Below, piece by piece: positions 58,270 through 64,000 of a stretch of 64,000 nucleotides of DNA. The stretch is from Bacillota bacterium. GTDB taxonomy: Bacteria; Bacillota; Clostridia; Christensenellales; UBA1242. Position 1 is the stretch's first letter. Each line of letters opens with the position of its first letter. The notes below the pieces were generated by a model. It ran no database searches. It saw nothing but the letters and a program-made list of their open reading frames with translations, and had not been told where the DNA came from. The stretch lies in the NCBI GenBank assembly GCA_009784375.1, contig WRBV01000001.1:177256-241255 (forward strand). The letters run 5' to 3'. Both the position numbers and the translations under genes were made by a program.

Positions 58270-60171
58270 ATGAAACACTTGGGGGTAATAGTTGTTTTTG
58301 TGTTAGTGGCGATGGCTTTTGTATTGCCAGCTTTTTCAAGCCCGTATAATCCAACAACAATTTCCGCAAGCGAACAAGATATAACGAATGAGAATGTGGT
58401 ATCTAGCCGATTTGAACCATCTAGTCTTGGTGGGATTGAAACCACGGTAATGTTTACTGGAATCCATAATTATTTTAGAAGACATGGGCAATTTGCTGGA
58501 ATATATATTCACAGACCTGCACAAATATTTAACTCGGAAGACGTTTTTATTGGTCATATAAACATAGACAGAAATGACATGAATTTCCATCATTTTGAAT
58601 ATTCTACTTTGCGTTTTGTAAATGGAGATTGGGTTCCAACAAACTGGTTTTCTTATAATAGGCATGGTGATGGTGTAGAATTTTTATTCAGGAAAAATTT
58701 ACCGGCTGGAAGATATGCAATTCGTGCTTATGCATATGAAAGATATACCAATGACTATGGACAACAAGCATACAGACAAGCAATGGATATAGATGATCCA
58801 GTAGGTGATGGTTATTTTATAGAGCAACCAATTACCGCATTGTATGAAATATTATTTGCCGAAGACTTGCACTATATAATAGGAAGAGACAGCTCGGGAA
58901 ATAATATCTATAATGCAAGACAAAATGGTCTTAATAGAACAATTCATGTAGATGTTGCGGCAAATCAAGGGGCTATGAATAAACATCTTGCACCATCTAG
59001 AATTGTTGATGGTTTTTCAATGGGTAATATTTATCGAAATGCTGTTGTTACTCCAAATAATATGGAGGTTGTGGTTAGACGGGGCGGAGTTTCAACCGAT
59101 TTAATTACTGTTACAAGATCACAAAATGGATTTAATATACACTTGCCGTCATCACTTCCGACTGGACATTTTGTTGTTGAATTTTCGCATGAAGCAAGTG
59201 AACATGTTTTTGGAACTTTTGTGATTGATAATTCAGTTGTCTTTTCGGCGGGCTCGGATTTGTCTGGTGCTGCTACTGCTATGTTTGTGATTGGAACCAT
59301 TTTGGCGGTGTTGGCAATTGCATTGTTTGTTACTCCGAAGTTAATGATTGCAGCACAAGACAGAAAATACGCTGCACTTCAAAACCAAAGATATATGACC
59401 GAAGGTGATGGTGCGGTTGACGACCAAGCATACAAGGCTCAGACTGCAAACGATTCGTTAAAACGTTCACGAGAACGTGCTGGTGCTGGCGCATCGAAAT
59501 CGAAATCTTTCCTCGAGACTATGAAAGAAAACCGTGCCAAGCGTGAGATTGCACGAGAACATGGTTTAACTATGGAAGAATTCCGTGACATTGAAAAAGC
59601 ACAAAAGAAAAATGAAGAAGCAAAGGTCACAGGTCTTCAAGGTTTCCGTCAAGCAATGGAAGAACATACAGGAAGACCAGTTGTAATAGAAGAGGACAAG
59701 CCAAAAGGAACGCTTGTGCAAGATACAAGTGAAGTTGAACTTCTTGATTCTATTGCACACAAATCTATGATTACCGACGAGAATCTTTCACAAAATGCGG
59801 TTCAACCAAATATAGCAGCACAGGGCAGTATTCTTTCAAATATTCGAACAATGTCGGGTGATGCGCATTATACAAAGCGTGAAGAAATATCTACAAGTGT
59901 GCCAGAACAAAATCCAACAATTCAACCGTTGCAAGATACGCCTCTTCAACAGGCTGAATCAACAACGGTACAACAACCAAATATACAGAATGCACCAACA
60001 CAACAGACACCGATACAAGCACAACCAAACCAAAATGAACAAGTGCAACAGGTTTCAAATCCACAGCCTGTGCAAAATATCGAGCCACCAAAACCAACCG
60101 AAGACGATAAACCAACACCACCAGCTGGAGGTGGGGGCATTTTATCAAGGCTTGGTAAACTTGGGGAATAG
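58270..60171 (+). CDS. Single-pass membrane protein: exported N-domain, cytoplasmic coiled coil and Q/P-rich tail
   Basis: Signal peptide, central TM MFVIGTILAVLAIALFV, low-complexity C-terminus. Confidence 0.75.
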   Translation: MKHLGVIVVFVLVAMAFVLPAFSSPYNPTTISASEQDITNENVVSSRFEPSSLGGIETTVMFTGIHNYFRRHGQFAGIYIHRPAQIFNSEDVFIGHINIDRNDMNFHHFEYSTLRFVNGDWVPTNWFSYNRHGDGVEFLFRKNLPAGRYAIRAYAYERYTNDYGQQAYRQAMDIDDPVGDGYFIEQPITALYEILFAEDLHYIIGRDSSGNNIYNARQNGLNRTIHVDVAANQGAMNKHLAPSRIVDGFSMGNIYRNAVVTPNNMEVVVRRGGVSTDLITVTRSQNGFNIHLPSSLPTGHFVVEFSHEASEHVFGTFVIDNSVVFSAGSDLSGAATAMFVIGTILAVLAIALFVTPKLMIAAQDRKYAALQNQRYMTEGDGAVDDQAYKAQTANDSLKRSRERAGAGASKSKSFLETMKENRAKREIAREHGLTMEEFRDIEKAQKKNEEAKVTGLQGFRQAMEEHTGRPVVIEEDKPKGTLVQDTSEVELLDSIAHKSMITDENLSQNAVQPNIAAQGSILSNIRTMSGDAHYTKREEISTSVPEQNPTIQPLQDTPLQQAESTTVQQPNIQNAPTQQTPIQAQPNQNEQVQQVSNPQPVQNIEPPKPTEDDKPTPPAGGGGILSRLGKLGE

Positions 60172-60240
60172 TATCTTTAATATAGTAATTTTTAAAATTG
60201 GGTATTGACAAAATCTTCAATATATTCTATAGTAGGTATT

Positions 60241-61116
60241 ATGATAACAAGTAACGTAAACTTTAATTTGTACAAATCGTTCGTAGCGGTCTATGACAAC
60301 AAGAACATTTCAAAGGCGGCTGCATCCCTTCAAATCACGCAACCAACCGTGACCTATAATATAAAGGAATTGGAACGCCAACTTGGCGTGAAATTATTCC
60401 ACACACATCCACGTGGGGTAGAATCAACAAAGGATGCACATGAATTGTACAAGTTCGTGTCATCTGGGATTATGTCTATCGTAAATGGTGAATGTGCAAT
60501 CAAGGAATTCACAGAAGAAACAACTGCGGTGCTTCGATTGTCGGTGGCAAGCGGTCCTGCACAATCATTTGTCGCAAACGCAATCGCAAACTTTTCAAAA
60601 AAGTTTCCAAAGGTTACATTCAAAGTTACAGATGCACGTGTTGAAGACGCAATGATGAAGCTTGGACAATATAACCTTGACCTTGTAATTGGATTTTGTC
60701 CAACCGAGAATACAAGTCTTGGTGCAATCAATCTAAAAGAATTCAAAAAAATTGCAATCGCGGGTAACGGGTTTGCAAAAGAATTTAAATTGGACGGTAC
60801 AATCAATAAAAACCAAATCCAATCATTGCCACTTGTAACATTCTCATCGCTTTGCAAATGTCTTAATATAGAGACAAAGGCAAGTTACACAGTTGTGAAC
60901 TATGGTATGATGAAATCACTTGTTCGCGAAAATGTTGGTCTTGGAATAATCCTTAGCACCGATCTCGAGGCCGAAGATGGCATTGTTGTATTCGAAACCG
61001 AATTTGAAAATCCAACACTAAAGGCAACGTACAACAAAGAATCACTTACAAAGCCTGCACGTGCATTTATCGAAGAACTCTGCAAAGTATTCGCAGTCGA
61101 GAGCGGGTTGAACTAA
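60241..61116 (+). CDS. LysR-family transcriptional regulator
   Basis: HTH NLYKSFVAVYDNKNISKAAASLQITQPTVTYNIKELERQLG; TTGACA-17-TATAGT promoter. Confidence 0.92.
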   Translation: MITSNVNFNLYKSFVAVYDNKNISKAAASLQITQPTVTYNIKELERQLGVKLFHTHPRGVESTKDAHELYKFVSSGIMSIVNGECAIKEFTEETTAVLRLSVASGPAQSFVANAIANFSKKFPKVTFKVTDARVEDAMMKLGQYNLDLVIGFCPTENTSLGAINLKEFKKIAIAGNGFAKEFKLDGTINKNQIQSLPLVTFSSLCKCLNIETKASYTVVNYGMMKSLVRENVGLGIILSTDLEAEDGIVVFETEFENPTLKATYNKESLTKPARAFIEELCKVFAVESGLN

Positions 61117-61168
61117 TAAAAAAACAACCCTTGCAAGCGCGGGGGTTGATTTATTTAAAAAGGATAAA

Positions 61169-61435
61169 ATGATGGTAGAACAAGCACATAGATTTTCAAA
61201 ACAATCATATGAGCAAGCGGGATGTGAACAATTCAAGTTGCGCGGCGAAATTCACGAACACGCAAACAAAATAAATATCATGTTCGATTATTGGTATAAC
61301 AATGATAAAAGACAAGACACGATGGGAGAGTACAGGAATTTGAATCATGATGACCAACAAACCAAGTTAAAAAGATTTTTTGATACTGCTGGGCAATACT
61401 CTATGGAAGAAATAGAAAGAATGCACCCTCGGTAA
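61169..61435 (+). CDS. Hypothetical protein (88 aa)
   Basis: AAGGA RBS; followed by terminator CACCCTCG...CGAGGGTG-T8. Confidence 0.55.
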   Translation: MMVEQAHRFSKQSYEQAGCEQFKLRGEIHEHANKINIMFDYWYNNDKRQDTMGEYRNLNHDDQQTKLKRFFDTAGQYSMEEIERMHPR

Positions 61436-61474
61436 TGCGAGGGTGTTTTTTTTGGGGGGCGACCCCACCCCATG

Positions 61475-61685
61475 TACGTCATTCTGAACAACTGAATGTA
61501 ACGAGGGCGTGAAGAATCTAGGCGAAGCCGCATTATATTAAGCCTAATAAGTCGAGATTGTGTCTGGCAAAACTTATTGCGGCTTTGCTAGATTCTGGTT
61601 GACTTTGTCAACGCGCATTATGGAAAGAGATGTACTGTTCGCTTCGCGAACGGGCGACCGTCGCTTTGCTCCTCAGAATGACGTA
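61475..61685. repeat. REPIN/MITE-like element with 13-bp terminal inverted repeats
   Basis: TACGTCATTCTGA ... TCAGAATGACGTA, with a nested IR AGAATCTAG..GCCGCA / TGCGGC..CTAGATTCT. Confidence 0.7.
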
Positions 61686-61739
61686 TTCTCGTATATCTCT
61701 TTATGATGAAACTTTATAAAGAAAATTTATAAAAAGGGG

Positions 61740-61768
61740 TTGACAATGATGTGGGTATAAGATAAACT
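61740..61768 (+). promoter_or_regulatory. S10 operon promoter
   Basis: TTGACA-17-TAAACT upstream of rpsJ. Confidence 0.65.
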
Positions 61769-61850
61769 ACCCAAGAGTGTCTGCTCTTTTTTCTTTTAAG
61801 GATTTAAAAAGAAACACACGGGGCAGTTGAAGACACAAATGGGAGAAGGT

Positions 61851-62156
61851 ATGAAATCAAACATTCGCGTAAAATTATCAGGTTACGACCACGGATTGGT
61901 CGAGGCTGCGCTTCAACGTATTGTTGACGTTGCGGTAAAGTTTTCTGCGAGCGTAAGTGGTCCTGTGCCTCTTCCAACCGAGCGTGAAATTATCACGGTT
62001 ATCAGAAGTCCTCACAAATACAAGGACAGCCGTGAACAATTTGAAAAGCGTACTCACAAGCGTTTGGTTGATATTTACAACCCAAACCAAAAACTTGTCG
62101 AGGCGTTGACCAAATTGGAAATGCCAGCTGGTGTTGAAATCAAAATCAAATTATAA
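61851..62156 (+). CDS. rpsJ: 30S ribosomal protein S10
   Basis: GPVPLPT...RSPHKYKDSREQFEKRTHKRL. Confidence 0.98.
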   Translation: MKSNIRVKLSGYDHGLVEAALQRIVDVAVKFSASVSGPVPLPTEREIITVIRSPHKYKDSREQFEKRTHKRLVDIYNPNQKLVEALTKLEMPAGVEIKIKL

Positions 62157-62210
62157 TACGTCATTCTGAGTGAGCCTAGCGAGCGAAGAATCTAGGCGAA
62201 GCCGCAATAA
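62157..62210. repeat. Left half of the 61475 element between rpsJ and rplC
   Basis: TACGTCATTCTGA...GAAGAATCTAGGCGAAGCCGCA matches the 61475 copy at both ends. Confidence 0.75.
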
Positions 62211-62255
62211 ACTTATCCAAAACAATAGAGCATAAAAATCAAGGAGCGAAGGACT

Positions 62256-62915
62256 ATGAAAGGAATCTTAGGTATTAAAAGAGGAATGACCCAAATCTTT
62301 GGCGACAAGGGTGTTGTTATTCCTGTGACTGTGGTCGAGGCAGGTCCTTGTTTTGTTGTTCAGGTTAAAACAATGGAAATCGACGGTTACGAGGCAATCG
62401 TTGTTGGTTTCATGGACAAGAGAAAAAACCTTGTTAACAAACCAGACGCAGGTCAATTTAAAAAGGCAAACGTAACGCCAAAGCGTTATCTTAAAGAATT
62501 CCGTGTGCAACCAGGTCACGAGTACAAGGTTGGCGACGAATTCAAATGTGATGTCTTTGCGGTGGGTGACATTGTTGACGTTTCTGCAAAAACAAAAGGA
62601 CATGGATTTACTGGTGTCATCAAAAGATGGAACCAAGCACGTGTTGGTCCGATGTCTCACGGTACTGGACCTGTTCACCGTCATGTTGGATCTATGGGTG
62701 CGAACTCTTGCCCAAGTCGAGTATTTAAAAACAAGAAAATGGCTGGTCAATATGGTAACGAAAATGTAACAATCCAAAACCTTGAAATCGTAAAGGTTGA
62801 CACCGACAAAAATGTTATTTTGGTTAAAGGTGGAATACCTGGAGCAGATGGCGCGATGGTAGTTGTAAAAGAAGCGGTAAAAAAACTTGCAAAAGAGAAT
62901 CAGAAAAAGGTGTAG
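62256..62915 (+). CDS. rplC: 50S ribosomal protein L3
   Basis: GMTQIF...PVTVVEAGP...[12 protein letters not shown]. Confidence 0.98.
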   Translation: MKGILGIKRGMTQIFGDKGVVIPVTVVEAGPCFVVQVKTMEIDGYEAIVVGFMDKRKNLVNKPDAGQFKKANVTPKRYLKEFRVQPGHEYKVGDEFKCDVFAVGDIVDVSAKTKGHGFTGVIKRWNQARVGPMSHGTGPVHRHVGSMGANSCPSRVFKNKKMAGQYGNENVTIQNLEIVKVDTDKNVILVKGGIPGADGAMVVVKEAVKKLAKENQKKV

Positions 62916-63035
62916 TGAGCATAGCGAACGAAATCCCGAGCGAAGTGAAACGAAATCGAGGGACCTAGCGACAACGAGCAAAGCGAAGTTGGAAGCGTTA
63001 TATATAAAGAAGCGTGTACAAAGATAGGAGAGACT

Positions 63036-63662
63036 ATGGAAATTAAAGTAATTGATCAAAAAGGAAAGGCTGCGGGTACGGTAACCGTATCACCAAGCGT
63101 TTTTGGTGCCGAGGTTAATATTGGGCTTATTCACGAGGTTGCTATTGCCCAGCAAAACAACCAAAGACAAGGTTCGAAGTCAACTTTAACAAGAAGTGAA
63201 GTTCGCGGACATTCGGCAAAGCCTTACCGTCAAAAAGGTACAGGTCGTGCACGTCAAGGTTCGACAAAGGGTCCTCACCAAATCGGTGGTGGAGTCGCAT
63301 TTGCACCAAAGCCAAGAGACTTTACAACAAAGATTAACAAGAAAAAGAAGTCTGCTGCATTTGTAAGTGCACTAAGCGGAAAGCTTGCGGACGAGGAGTT
63401 AATCGTTCTTAAAGATGTAAAACTTGCCGAAGTGAAAACAAAAACCGTTGTTTCTATATTAGAAAACTTGAAGCTTGACCAAAAACGTGTGTTATTTGTA
63501 ACAAACGGGAAAGACGATGACTTCCTTCGTGGTGCAAACAACATCGAAAAGGTAGAAGTGACAACGGCTGATCAATTATGTGTACTTGACGTTGTGAATA
63601 ACAAGTTCGTTGTAGTAACTGCTGAGGCAATCAAAGTAATAGACGGGAGGTACGCATCATGA
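63036..63662 (+). CDS. rplD: 50S ribosomal protein L4
   Basis: RSEVRG...[15 protein letters not shown]...[12 protein letters not shown]. Confidence 0.98.
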   Translation: MEIKVIDQKGKAAGTVTVSPSVFGAEVNIGLIHEVAIAQQNNQRQGSKSTLTRSEVRGHSAKPYRQKGTGRARQGSTKGPHQIGGGVAFAPKPRDFTTKINKKKKSAAFVSALSGKLADEELIVLKDVKLAEVKTKTVVSILENLKLDQKRVLFVTNGKDDDFLRGANNIEKVEVTTADQLCVLDVVNNKFVVVTAEAIKVIDGRYAS

Positions 63663-63949
63663 ACGTTTACGACATTATAATCAAACCAGTCTTGAGTGAA
63701 AAAAGCTTTGCTGGGATTAATTCAAAGAACTATACATTCAAAGTTCACAAGGACGCAACAAAGCCACAAGTTAAAAAAGCGGTTGAAGAAATCTTCAAGG
63801 TAAAAGTTGAAAAAGTAAATATCGCAAATTACAAAGGCAAGCCAAAGCGTCAAGGTCGTCACGAAGGAAAACAAAGTGACTGGAAAAAAGCCTATGTATG
63901 GCTTACAAAAGAATCCAAGGCAATCGAATTCTTTGAGGGGCTTCAATAA
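63659..63949 (+). CDS. rplW: 50S ribosomal protein L23
   Basis: [10 protein letters not shown]...YTFKV...WKKAYV. Confidence 0.97.
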   Translation: MNVYDIIIKPVLSEKSFAGINSKNYTFKVHKDATKPQVKKAVEEIFKVKVEKVNIANYKGKPKRQGRHEGKQSDWKKAYVWLTKESKAIEFFEGLQ

Positions 63950-63964
63950 GGGATAACCTCATCA

Positions 63965-64000
63965 CGTCATTCAGAACGAGGCAAAGCCGAGTGAAGAATC
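63965..64000. repeat. REP-like copy after rplW (truncated by the window end)
   Basis: ACGTCATTCAGAACGAGGCAAAGCCGAGTGAAGAATC. Confidence 0.65.

Noticed and set aside
62268-63059. 263-aa minus-strand ORF
   Set aside because: Antisense shadow of rplC with no recognisable features.
61475-64000. CRISPR array
   Set aside because: The repeats are degenerate, irregularly spaced and separated by whole genes, and there are no cas genes in the window.

Overview
Chromosomal window from a low-GC, spore-forming Clostridia-like (Bacillota) bacterium; spmA, spmB, ricT/yaaT and a SpoIVB-like peptidase are present. It carries tRNA-Thr(TGT) followed by an HpaII-type restriction-modification pair, an OLE RNA with oapA in a rearranged order, a SAM-I/IV riboswitch before metK, an orphan VirD4-like coupling ATPase, two giant surface proteins (2590 and 3708 aa), housekeeping genes (recD2, glmS, tadA, rsgA, pduL, walJ) and the start of the S10 ribosomal operon, which is interleaved with REP-like repeats. 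The best novel candidate is a five-gene operon (4227-7395). It encodes DUF11-type isopeptide domains split and circularly permuted so that each subunit could supply the strands missing from the previous one, which suggests a self-crosslinking, signal-peptide-free (probably spore) fibre with tip, adaptor, shaft and Cys-rich anchor. Other notable observations are near-absence of lysine in exported proteins, two similar leaderless leader-peptide attenuators, pervasive leaderless genes, a Walker-A-less Rho paralogue and a BCCP-like protein without the biotin lysine. All family assignments come from motif recognition by eye; no database searches were run.
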